The position numbers and the translations under genes are program-made. DNA of 64,000 nt from Amoebophrya sp. A120 (lineage: Eukaryota > Protista > Dinoflagellata), in contig CAJINV010000003.1 of assembly GCA_905178155.1 (NCBI GenBank), positions 5,795,985-5,859,984 on the forward strand, written 5' to 3'. The notes below the pieces were generated by a model, which was not told the origin of the DNA, made no database searches, and saw only the letters and a list, made by a program, of their open reading frames with translations. This document shows positions 41,107 through 52,402 of the stretch, one piece after another (position 1 is the first letter of the stretch; each line of letters starts with the position of its first letter).

Positions 41107-44100
41107 ATGACGACACGGCGGACGCACAATCGACGCACGGGCCCAAGTCCGGAACTGCCCCAATCTAATGTGTTGAAGAAGCTCACGGAGGCACGACTTG
41201 AGACCCTGAACTCTGGAACCCGAACACTGCTGGAATTTAAGGAGTGCGAAGACAGTGCTGCGAGCAGAAGTACCGGTGCTTTCCCTTCCGGACCGGGGGC
41301 GTGCCTGAGCCTGAGAGATCATGCGGACCACGATCGAAGCCGAAGCGAAAGCGAACAAGGGGGCAGTCCAGCAGAGGGACCAAGAAATGTGCCAGCCGCG
41401 GCCCAGAGCAGGAGCAAGAATATGCTCGCTAACGTTCTTTTCAATGTTGGGCGTCGCCAGGAGAAAAAGAAAGGCGCGAAAATCAAGTCCCCGTCCGCAT
41501 CGGCGGTGTCGCCCCTTCCGCTGAGTGCGAAGAAGCAAACAGTGCCGAGCCGGCGGCACCGGCGCAAAAAGGTGTTTCTGCACTTCCTCGAGGGCGAGCT
41601 GGGGGTCGGCAACATGAACGAGGAAGAGCTGCAGCATCGGCTTGCGGCCACGTGCGCGCGCCCCTCGCCAAGTGCGCAGGTGAAGACGCGGGGTGCGAAC
41701 GCGGTTCTGGAGCAGCAGAGGCGCGTCAAGCAGTGGGGTGGTGACTTCGAGGCACTGAGCCGCCGCTTCCACTTCACACAGAAGGAGGAGAAGAAGAAGC
41801 ACCGCAAGAAATTCAAGAACCGCGACGAGCACAACCTGGCGTCGCCGGTCTCGCAGCGCGCTGCGGAGGCGGGGCTCTCGTCCAGCACCTTTCTTGGTGG
41901 AGGAGACCCTGCCGGTGCAGCAGGGGCGCTTTCGTCGGGGCCGTCAGAACAAGTAGGGGGAAAGTCGATCATGGGCGGCGGGCGCGGTGGCCCGCGTGAC
42001 GACCAGCGGCGCGACATGAACTCGACCTCGAGCGCTTTTTCGACGGCGGCGGGCGCAGCGAGCACGTATCTCGGGGGCGGCATCGGCCTGTCGCCGCACC
42101 CGTTCGCGGGGGAAAACGCGAGCTCCTCGTCATCCTCGGAGGAGGACGAAACGAGGCGAGTTTTTAACAACGAGACGATGGCGCCAACGGCAGATCGGAA
42201 CGATCCCGTGCTGTCGCTGCTCTCGGACAAGTATCAAGCACGCATGTACGAACAGCAAGCGGGTGACGGCCGAGCAGACGGGAGATTGGGAACGCACACG
42301 ACGACCAGATCACCAGTAATGGTGAGCGTGTCAATTTAGCATAATATCATTATCACCCCTTCCGCAACGTTAGTTGTAATCGGCCTGGCCGTGCAGGATT
42401 TTTCCATGCGTGTAGTCAGTCGTAGAGAAGCTGCACAAGTGTAGTATGCTGGCACGATCTGTTGCGATTCTGAATTCGCCATAGATGGAAATGTTTTCAC
42501 GATATAGCAAAAACAAAGAGACTCTAGCCTTATGCGTCACTTATCTGATCACAGGTCGGAGCGGCCGCTGGCGGAGGTATTGGAGGAGGTGGTGCTGCAG
42601 ATCCGCAAGGTGTCCTGGGCCTCCTGTCGCCGCACCAAACCGGCGAGTTTTTCGGTTTCACTGCAGCCCAGGCGGAGGAGCTAGACGACGTGCGACGAGC
42701 ATTTTCGCTGGATTACCCAAGCCCCATGGACATCCATGAATTGCAAAACTGCCTCCGGTTTTTCGGCTACAATGCATGTCCCCGCGTCGTTTATGAGGCA
42801 CTAGAGCGATGCAGTTTCTGCCACAAAGTAAAGACGGTGTTGCAGCAGAGCCGTGGAGCAAGCGACCACCACAACCAGCAAAGCAGTAACCACCTGACGG
42901 CACCAGCCGGGTCCGCCCCCGCTGCTGGGGGGCTAGATGCAGCTTCTACCCGTGGCGGAGCAGCTGCCGCTTCAACGGCAGCGCAGCAGCAGCAGCAGCA
43001 ACCAGGTGGCGGGACGACCCAGAAGTCGGCGCACGAGGTTGTGGTCTTCACTCCGTTGAATGGAAGCGATTATTTGGAGTACATGATGCACTTCCGGCAG
43101 TGCGACCGGGAATTTCTGCACTACATTTTCGAGGTGCTGTCTTCGCCGCTGCTCTCCGGGGGACTGCCCTCCGAGGACGCCGCTTTTTCGTCCGGTCCGC
43201 TCGACGAAGCGCCCCCTGCGCAGCAAGGCGGCGGGGCGCGGCACACGGAACACCGCCGTTCCCAGGAACTTGTCCAGGCCTTGGTCGCGCAGCAGGGCTC
43301 GCGGCGCGCGTCTGTGGAACGCCGCGGGTCGGGAGAAGTGCCGCTGCCGCTGGCCAGCCCGCTGGTAAAAGCAGAGGTCCGACGCCGAGCCTCGACCGAA
43401 GCGCCACACGAAGTGCGGTTTCCAGACTTCTTTGACGCTGCGGAGCCCGAGGGCCCACTGTACCAGCGCGACCGCCGCAGCTCGCTGCAGATGCAAGTTT
43501 CGCTTGGGAGCGATTTCACCGTCAACCTCCTTTCCGCGCTCGAGTGTGTGTCTGCGCAGCCGGGAGACCGCACGTTGCTGCTCAAAGCCTTGGACCTGAG
43601 CCGCATTCCCGATTTTCGCTGCATCTTGAGCGACTTCGACACCTTCACACACTTTGTGGAGGTTTTCCGCAACGTGCTCGGTACAAAGCGGGAGCACTGC
43701 GGCTTCGGCCGGGAGGAAGCCAAGCTTCTGCGCGAAGTTTACGGGAAGTGCTTCGCAAAGGACAAATCGCTGCTCACCGAGGGACAGCTGCTGAAATTGC
43801 TGAAGAATTTGGGGTTGTGCTACCACGTCAGACTGCTGCCAGAACGGTTTTCAAAAGTACTCGGGGTCATTTTTCCCAACCAGGGGCCGAGCCCGCCTAC
43901 ACGCAGTAGCTCGCCGGCGCAGGGGGTTTCGGCTACGTCTTCACCGAGAACTGGCGCCGCACAGAACACCCGCTTGAAAGTCGAGACTTCCTTGGCAAAC
44001 AAATTCACAACCGGCCTGAACTTGTCGCCACACTCGACCGCTGCGCACTCGCCTCGCGGGGGACCACTGGAGCATAACAGGCCCGCTGTTGTTGTGGGCG

Positions 44101-45974
44101 CCGCGGCGGCCGCGTCCTCCCAACAGCAGGCCAATGCCGTCGATTGCTCCGACGCGGGCGGATCCGGAAGGTCTCTGACGTTGCAAAACGTCGACCATTT
44201 TCTCCAGATCTTGCGCTTGCTGCTGGACGCTGACGAACACGAAGAGTACCTGCAGGAGCGGGCGGTGATTGAAGAAAGCGAACTGTCCGACGAGGATACA
44301 ATTCAGCTGCGTGAGGTGTGTATCAAGCGCAATAATACAAATATGTCTGGATCTGAAACAGAGCAGATGAAGCTTGTCATGCAATTTCTGCATCTGCATG
44401 ATCTGCAACACGGTCTGGAATGCACACAGAGCATGGCATATTCTGTCCAGTCTGCATGAGAACTGGCCTCCTCTCCTGAAGACAAAGTCGCGCTCCTTTT
44501 GCTGACATAAGATGCAGCGGAAATAATTTTCGTTTGTTCCAGGACCTGCATGATCAGAAGTTTGCATCCCTCCAGAGCCAGGCGTATAATTTGCAATGCA
44601 TAGTGTACCAGGACTATGTGGAGCTCGCGGATGACCACCCGTTTGTCGGGCTTTTTGCGATCAAGCAAATGCTGAAGGTTGGCCTCGAGATGAAACTGGG
44701 CAAGGAGGACCTGAAGGAGATGCGCGAGATCTTCGATCGTTTCGCCATTGCGTGGCGCCGCGACGACGGCCGGGACACCTTCGTGCTGAGTTTTAGCGGC
44801 TTTCTGCGCTTTCTGCACGAGGTGCTCGTCAACGATTTCGCGGGGATCGTGAGCAAGTGCGCGGACACGCTCGTGGCGAAGAAGAAGGCACAAGCGATCA
44901 ACCCCGAACTACTCTCACTCGGAGACACAGGTATAGAAGATACTTGTGTATGATTTCTGGTGGTGTAGTCAACACATGGCATAGTAGCTGCGCCTCAAAG
45001 TAACTACTTGGTTGTATAAAGTTAAGAGCCACATGTCCTGCTTGTAGTCCTCTGAGCGCGGTCATGATGTGAACAAATATTTGATGTCCGATCATCATGT
45101 TAGTTTGTCCCCACACTGTCCGACGACGAATTCGTACAACCCGTAGAAATCTCGAATAACGACGAGAACCCTCAAACCACAACACACAGACTCCGATCCC
45201 GATGTGGAGGCGTGCCGACAGAGCAAGATGTTTGCCCGTACGAAGACGGACGGCAGTTTGTTGCATCTGCGTCGCGTGAGCGTCCGGGCGCAGCAGCCTG
45301 CAGAGTCGGACGATGAGGACGACGAGGACGATGCGTCGTTCCTGAGTTCGTCTTTGCAATTGGGCGGGAGCGGCGTCGTCGGCAAGCGACAGTCTTCGAA
45401 CTTTGCGAACCAGTACGCCAGTCCGGGCACGTTTCTAAAGCGGAAGCTGCAGAGTCAGGGGGAGGACGGGGTGGAACAAGTGCCTGGCCTGCTCGGCGCA
45501 GCAGACGAGCAAGAGCTACAACTTCTAAGGGGCGGAGAGATCGGCGGCGGGCAAGCTGCACTCGATGTAGATACATCGGTTGTCACCGGAGCGAGTGCGG
45601 CCCTTGGTGCACCAAAGGGAATCCTACGTTCCCCGTCCTCGTCGACGCAGACCGCAGGCCGGGCTTCGGTCGTCAAGGTTGGAGGGGACGAGGCGGAGAA
45701 GACCACGAAGGCCGATCTGCAGACGCGCCGGGTATCTCTCTTCGTACAGGAGGACTCCGAGTCGTGGAAAAACATGCGTAGCAACATGAGCACCTTGTTG
45801 GGTCACTTCGCGGAGCAGGATGAGGACGAAGAGGAACAGAAGTTGACTGCCGAACAGTTTCTCGAATGGTACGCAGACGAAACGGCAAAAATTGCGAGAA
45901 AGCGGCACACCTACCAGAAGCGCTTGTCAGTACTTCGCGCCTCCGGCGATCACGCTGGGTTTCGGTCTTCCTGA
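41107..45974 (+). CDS. Large protein with degenerate EF-hand/calmodulin-like repeats and low-complexity inserts
   Basis: Exons 41107-42321, 42555-~44319, ~44607-44930 and 45190-45974. Repeated F-x-x-E-E/D-x-x-x-L-R-E-x-F/Y helices, e.g. FGREEAKLLREVY and EDLKEMREIFDRF..LSFSGFLRFL. Confidence 0.65.
44321..44602. mobile_element. Degenerate family-A introner, 282 bp, TSD GTGTG/GTGTA
   Basis: Left TATCAAGCGCAA...AATATGTCTGGATCTGAAA; right TCCAGAGCCAGGCGTATAATTTGCAATGCATA. Element+5 removal gives LREV|YQDYV. Confidence 0.78.
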
Positions 45975-46570
45975 TTCATAGCGATCCGATGTGGCCTCTG
46001 TCAGTTTATTTTGGCAGGGAACCAAGTGGGGAGCGAAGGCGAAGAGGGCACCTTCAGTGCAGTGAAAACCATGGACGAAAAAGTACAGTTTTGTGGCACG
46101 AACTATGCGAAAACGAACTCATACTCATAGTATCCAGTGAAGATACAGAGGGACACTTCTAGCAATATCAGCAAATAGTATTGAAAATAGTCTGATGCGT
46201 GTAAAGACGCAAAAAGAAAAAACACGATATCGAACTTAGCACATCGCAGGCGGCACCTGCAGGGAATATCCAGTGCCTCCTGTAGATTTCGTTGAACTCA
46301 TGGAGTACTGACTGGACCTTTTTTTCGTATGCTAGCTGGTGTGTGATTTTTTTTCTTAGCTCGGACCATCCATCGTAAGTTGGTGAGATCAAGGTCATAC
46401 TTTGCTGGAGCTCGTGTTGATGTATTGCTTTTACAAAGCCATTGATGCTTGTGCGCGGGTCACGACACCTTTACTCGACGATGTCCGTGCAGCCTTAGTT
46501 CTGCAGTCTTGCTCTCAGGTTCCAGTCAATCCAGAAGCTATGACTCAGAGGATCTTACGTTCGTGATCGC

Positions 46571-48643
46571 ATGACATCGAACCGTGGTGACGCGCCTCGC
46601 AGATCCACGCCATTCGTCGTGTCGTATTTTTCCTTTCGTCTTTTCTATACCGGGAACTTCAATTTCTGTCGACTTTCAACGTCGTCACTTTGGTTGCTTT
46701 CTCCTTTTGTGTTTGTCGTGACAGGACCAGTGCCCTTCGTCCACTCCGCACCGAACTTGTTCGCATCTCCAGACGAGCTCTTCGGTTCTGCTTCCTCAGT
46801 CGAGTTAGAGCGAGCAAAGAGCGGTGGAGGCGCTGACAGCTGCAGCTCTCGCGGTCTTACAACCACAGAGCGTGGTCTTGGTGGACTACTGGATTACGAT
46901 CGCAGCGCTGTCGCCCGGTTTGCAGCCCGGCACGAGTACTTGGGTGCATTGCTCGAGCACCGCGGCGCAAAGCGCGGCGTCGAGCTCGGTGTGCAGCGTG
47001 GGATTTTCAGCGTCGAACTGCTGCAGCGCTGGCGCAGCTTCGAGGAGTATGTATTGGTGGATCTGTGGGGAAAGACGGCCGCAGACGTCGTGTACCTCGA
47101 CGCCAGTGGCGCGGTATCGGAGGATACGCAGGAGCAGTTCCTGGAGGAGGCCGTGCAGAGCCTGAGAAAAAGCGTCCTTGAAAGGAGCGAGCATGCGGAA
47201 GGAGCCGTCAGTTTCGTTCACAACAGCACGACGACCACAGCACAGGATACTACACACGTGGGGAAACGCATCCGCGTATGCCGAAATCTTACTTCGAGTT
47301 GCGTTGCGCACTTTCCCGATGGCTACTTCGATTTCGTGTATGTCGACGCGCGACACGACTACAAGGGCGTCAAGGAAGATTTGGAGCTCTGGCTTCCCAA
47401 ACTCCGACCGAACGGCATTATCGCGGGGCACGACTTTCTGACGGCTGCGGAGCACCGGTTTCACACGGGGCACAGTGCCGATCGGTACGAGATAAATTTC
47501 GACGGTTCAATTGATCTCACTGGGCGCGCTGTGCAGGGTGCCGTGATGGATTTTTTCGGAACACGGGATTTTTTACCTCTGCGTACCATTGACCAATTTA
47601 CCGAGCATCGGTCTTGGCTTGTAGATTTGCGGCGTCCACCTCGTGAAGATCAAGATCTTCGAAATGAGAAACAGGTCGCCTTGCCGCGAGTTATTCACGC
47701 CTTCTGGGTTGGCGCGTATCCCGAAGGGTTCTGTGGAACAGAAGAACAAACTCTATATGCAGCCACTCAAGAAGAAAACGGGTCTTTGTCTTCCGAACGC
47801 TCCCTTCCGCTGCAGCGGAACTTGAGAACCCTGGAGGTACTCCACGCGGATTGGCCCATCGTGTTGTGGACTCCGGAGCTACTGCTTGAACATTGGACAA
47901 GGTTGTTCGGAAGTAGGGACGGTGCTGACCAGGAGGTTCGAGGTTTGCAGGAGCACCTGCGGGCACTTGCAAAGCGTCTGCAAGCGGGAGCGCAAACGTT
48001 TTGCGCGAGCGGAGGTAGCCGCAAAAGATCAGATTTTTTGCTTGATCAACATCCTAAACCAAATGACGCCGACTGGTTTGGATCCTCTGCGGTCAAGGAG
48101 CTACTGCGTTTTTCTGTGCTGTCGGTCTTCGGCGGCATCTTTCTGGACCTGGAGCATCTGGTGCTCGCCCGCACGAGCTTTCTAGCGGTTCTGCAGGCGA
48201 CGGATTTGCATTTGCGTCAGCTCCGCCGGCCCCGGTCGTTCGAGGTGTTTGCTCAATGCGAAGCGCCCGCTGCCTCGCTCTACTGGGGCTTGGATGATTA
48301 CAAACACGGAGCGGGCGTCGTCATCAACCACCATTTAGCCGCCGTGCCGTGCCTCCAAGTCTCTACCAAATTTGTGGCAGCCGTGCCCGGGGCGTCGACT
48401 ATCCGGCAGCAAAGGGATCACCTGCTGCGCCAGGTTCTTGGGGCCGAAGTGAAGGCGGAAAATCAATATGGCCGTCGCGGTACGACCTCTGGGAAAGGGA
48501 GGATCTCGTCCGCGACTGTGTCGTGGACGCAAGTGTTTGTGGCTAACGCGCAACAAGCGAAAAACGCAACCCTAGCTCTCCTACGAGACGGGGTTCCGTT
48601 TTGTTTGAAAGACGTCGCAGTGCAGCGCAGCTCTTGCGCTTAG
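46571..48643 (+). CDS. Fusion of a class I SAM-dependent methyltransferase (Methyltransf_24-like) and a GT32/Och1-like glycosyltransferase
   Basis: GVELGVQRG..YVLVDLW..FDFVYVDARHDYKGVKEDLELWLPKLRPNGIIAGHDF, followed by LPRVIHAFWVG...KELLRFSVLSVFGGIFLDLE. Hydrophobic N-terminal segment. No introns. Confidence 0.8.
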   Translation: MTSNRGDAPRRSTPFVVSYFSFRLFYTGNFNFCRLSTSSLWLLSPFVFVVTGPVPFVHSAPNLFASPDELFGSASSVELERAKSGGGADSCSSRGLTTTERGLGGLLDYDRSAVARFAARHEYLGALLEHRGAKRGVELGVQRGIFSVELLQRWRSFEEYVLVDLWGKTAADVVYLDASGAVSEDTQEQFLEEAVQSLRKSVLERSEHAEGAVSFVHNSTTTTAQDTTHVGKRIRVCRNLTSSCVAHFPDGYFDFVYVDARHDYKGVKEDLELWLPKLRPNGIIAGHDFLTAAEHRFHTGHSADRYEINFDGSIDLTGRAVQGAVMDFFGTRDFLPLRTIDQFTEHRSWLVDLRRPPREDQDLRNEKQVALPRVIHAFWVGAYPEGFCGTEEQTLYAATQEENGSLSSERSLPLQRNLRTLEVLHADWPIVLWTPELLLEHWTRLFGSRDGADQEVRGLQEHLRALAKRLQAGAQTFCASGGSRKRSDFLLDQHPKPNDADWFGSSAVKELLRFSVLSVFGGIFLDLEHLVLARTSFLAVLQATDLHLRQLRRPRSFEVFAQCEAPAASLYWGLDDYKHGAGVVINHHLAAVPCLQVSTKFVAAVPGASTIRQQRDHLLRQVLGAEVKAENQYGRRGTTSGKGRISSATVSWTQVFVANAQQAKNATLALLRDGVPFCLKDVAVQRSSCA

Positions 48644-49197
48644 ACCGAATTAGGATATGATAGGTCATTTATTCCGTCGCAGACGTTTCTTTTCCTGCTG
48701 TTGTTTGCACTTGTTTTCGGTGTTTATTGCCGCTCAGCGCCACCGCCCGCTCTTTGGGAAGCTGGCATATCGTCGTGAGTCATGATAGTATAAAAATTCG
48801 CTTTACTGAAGATTGATCGCAGTCGCGTCGATATCGATTCGTACCCTTCGTTGAGAGCATAATCTTCGTAGACAGGACTCATTAATATTACCCTAATCGT
48901 GAGCGATCCGAAGAGATCTGTTGTCGCCTCCTCGTTCGCACAAATCGATCTTGACAGGTGAGGGTGTCGCTCCGTAGAAACGAATCTTGCATCCACCTGG
49001 TCACATCCATCTGCAACCCGACGACGGCAGTGTGTCGCAGGTGTAATATCTGCGGATTATCGAAATTGATCCATACTACTTAAGATAGAGATCATTCAGA
49101 TTATCAAAGGTGAATTGCATAGTACTGCTGGGAGAAACGACATTCTTGACTCCTCCCACTTAGACTTTGTAGAAGAGAAGAACAAAAATCAAACAAA

Positions 49198-51713
49198 ATG
49201 GAGTTCTTTCGTTTCCTTGGCTTGGGTCGTGAGGGTTGCTTCGAGCCGTCGCCCTTTCTGGACCTGTACTTTCACTTGCACGAAGTCAAGGCCATCGATG
49301 GCGACGAAGAGAGGCAGGTGTCCCTCCTCGTTCGCTCCCACACCGTCCCGGAAGACTGCCGGCGGTTTGTCTTCAAGTACCCCCAGGAACAGTGCCTCTT
49401 CCTGCACGAGGTGCCACGTGACGCGGTGCTGCTGTTCCAGGTGTGGCAGTGTGGTAAGGAGAAGCACCAAGGAAATCGGGTCGTTGCGGAGACCACATTG
49501 AACGTGTCGGACGAAATCTCCTACATGCGCTGGCTCTGTCTGAAGCGATTGTCGCAGCCCAGTATCGAAGGTGCAATTAGCATACGAAAAAAGCAAAATT
49601 TCGGCGTGTTTTTTTGATTTCTTTGAGTGCTTGATAGCGCTAGAGATTCGTCTAAGTTGTAAGTATACATGGTCTTGAGCTGGAAAGATGTTTCTCTGTG
49701 CAAAGTAGCTGCTGGGAGTAGAACTGCATGCAATTATTGTATCAGGGTCCGCCAGTTTAGCCGAACTTGCTACACCGATACCGAAACACCCCGAGCTGCA
49801 GACCGTGGCGTCGAAGAAGGCATTGGTAGACGAAAAGTGCGGAGATTTTCCCTCGAAACCTATCGCAAAAGAACCAACTGCGACCAAGGACTCGGAGACG
49901 ACGAGCTCGTCCTGGGTGGACACCAGTCTCCTGGCGTGCTTCTCTCTCTTCCCCAGCGACGACGCGAAGACCCACTTTCCGCTGCACCCCCTCGAAACGA
50001 ACAGCGACTTCCGCGCCCGCGCGTGGCACCCGCTGCTGGAAGCCTGTGAGGTGCAGCACTCGTGGCTCTCCGCGGCCCTGGACGAGGAAGTGAAGCGGTC
50101 CAGCAACGTAGTACCTGGCAACAAAACGATCCAGGGTGATGCGGACCACGTTCTGGCGGTGACGACAGGCGGAACCACTACGAAAGAAACTGCCGCGGGC
50201 TCGCGGTCCAGCAAGAGTGGCAGCAAGGAAAGCACTTCCAGTGCAGCGGTATCGATTTGCTTTTTTGTACTGTTAATGTAGCCAGAGGAATAAGCTATCG
50301 GAGGGGGTCGCTCAAAAATACTCCTTGCGTGCGCACTGTACACAACACGGCACCTGCAGCTTGTAGCGTTTTCTATCGACTTGTAGCTGATGAAAGAGCT
50401 GTTCTGCAGCTTCGTCGTGTTTAAATACTTGAGCACTCATCTCTTAAAAACAAAACAACCTCAGGAATCGAGCGGAATTGATGCAACGTCGAGTGCGCGG
50501 ACGAACAAGGGGGGGAGCAGCAGTGCGTTTCGCCGGGTCAGCACGGTCGCAGAGGAGGCGGAGGCTGCCGCAGATCAGGCGCTGAAGGACATCGAGATCC
50601 GGGCCCTGAAGCGGCAGGTCGAGCAACTGAACGAGAAGTTGACGCAGCGGGAACGGGAGCGGGAGAACCTGCAGGAAGAGTTTGAGCTCACTATTACAAT
50701 GAAAAATGCCCCCTCCCCATATCAAAACGGAAATCTGTGATGCAAATTTGTGGTCACAAATCAGCTTTGTGATGCTAGAAGGCAAAAGATGCGGACTGTA
50801 GTGCTGTCTAGCGTGGGAAAGCCTTGCAGCTCCAGGATGGCAGGAGGCAACTGGAAGTGGGAAACAGCATGACAGATTACCTGCAATTTAGGCCGCAGCT
50901 TCGTCTCTTGGCCTTCTAGCAATACAAGTCGATTTGTGTACTCGAATACAGCATCACAAATTCGCGCATCTTCCGTTTCCGATATGGGGTGGAGGCTTTT
51001 TTCACTTTGATACTCACCCGCTCGTCGAACGCCGGCGTGGTGGGGGGCCTGCGCCGACGACAAGAAACCGAGGCGATCAAGCACCGCGACGAAGTGGCCC
51101 GCCTCGAGCAGCTCGTGGCCAAGAAGGACGCAACCTTGAAGGTATGTCCCGTTTTTCATCGCGGTTGTAAGCACTTACTTCCCAGAAGGGGACTTTGTAC
51201 TTGTAGCTACGAAGGCGAAGACAAAAATATCTTGCAAGCCTGTGAAGATTCAAAGCCGTACGGTTCTCCCCACCCTAGCTCTACGGTAAAATTAAATTCC
51301 AGCACTTGGGGTAGCGTTAAAGAAAAATGTTAAAGTACGAGATTTGCTCATCTCTGTTCTGAGAAGACTTTTGATTCTGTGTTGCCCAGGAACTGCTGCG
51401 CAAGTCGAATTTGAAGATTGACGAGGGTAATGCGACCATTTTGAAGCTGAAGGCCGAGCGGGATCAGCAGGCGAAGCTAGCGGAGGCGCGGGAACAGGAA
51501 AAACGCGAGGTGTCTACCAAGCTAAAAGGCCGGGAAACGGAGCTCCAGCACCTGCATGAGAAGAACTCCGAACTGCTGAAGATTGTGCAGTCACTGTATG
51601 ACAGCTCAGACCAGCAAGGCCTCTCGCTCGACCGGAACAGCATCGATGCCTTCCAACGCAAGTGGAGCACAGTTACCACTCCGGCAACCGCAACCAAAAA
51701 CCAGCAGTTCTAG
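49198..51713 (+). CDS. Hypothetical protein with a beta-rich (C2-like) N-terminus and coiled-coil C-terminus
   Basis: Five exons joined by three GT-AG introns and one TIR intron. Heptad-rich C-terminus (IRALKRQVEQLNEKL...). The C2 assignment is tentative. Confidence 0.62.
50692..51012. mobile_element. Introner (family C), 321 bp, fold-back over 100 bp, perfect TSD CTCAC
   Basis: Left TATTACAATGAAAAATGCCCCCTCCCCATATCAAAACGGAA; right TTCCGTTTCCGATATGGGGTGGAGGCTTTTTTCACTTTGATA. CTCAC at 50687-50691 and 51013-51017. Removal gives EFELT|RSSNAG. No GT or AG. Confidence 0.93.
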
Positions 51714-52402
51714 AGATCTCAGATTGATCATTGTTGTTCTTTTCAGCACCTTTATTCCAAGTTGTTACAATAGAAGAAGAAGACAAAAAGAATCCAATAC
51801 CAATGTCACTGCAAATTAATGTTTGAAGCGAATGAATTGCAAGAGTTGTTGAACTTTCACACCTTCCCTGTTCTGTATGACCCTACACTGATGGCTGCAT
51901 CCGCCGAGGTTGTGGCTTCCAATCAAATTTTGGTACGTTACTTCCATGTACAGTCTCAGGCAGAGTTGCCGCAGGAGATCAAAGTAAAAGACAGTACTTT
52001 ATCTTCCAAGAATGTACGGAATGTTGTCAGTGGTGGAACTTTTCCCAAAATTGATCTACGCACCGAATTGTACTTTAATTTCCTCAATTGTCGGCTACGA
52101 TGCGCTGGACAGATTTTGCCTCGTGTAAAACACAGTCATGCGCAGCTAGCAGTAGAGAGCTGCGGAAAATCCATCAGGAAGAAGCGATATTGGGATCGCT
52201 CCCGATCCGTGAATCCGGCACGATGGATGCTTTTGTGGGAAACGATGAGACGCAGGATAGATGACCGGAGGATCTTCCGGGGATGAGAATCAAGGGTTTT
52301 CTTAACGCGGGATTAAACATGAAGATCCGGAGGTCGTGTTGCCCTTGCAGTGTTCATGTAGTCGGAACAGCCAGTTCTTTTTCCTCCAGCACATGGCTTC
52401 AA

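Noticed and set aside
49189-50436. 415-aa minus-strand ORF, and other long minus-strand ORFs such as 21039-21992, 28424-29362, 30137-31321 and 3058-3960
   Set aside because: They lie antisense to well-supported GC3-rich + strand exons and contain no recognisable motifs. They are typical shadow ORFs.
51819-52286. 155-aa + strand ORF between the coiled-coil gene and TTLL
   Set aside because: It has AT-richer, non-coding-like codon usage and no motif. Treated as intergenic or UTR, although not excluded.
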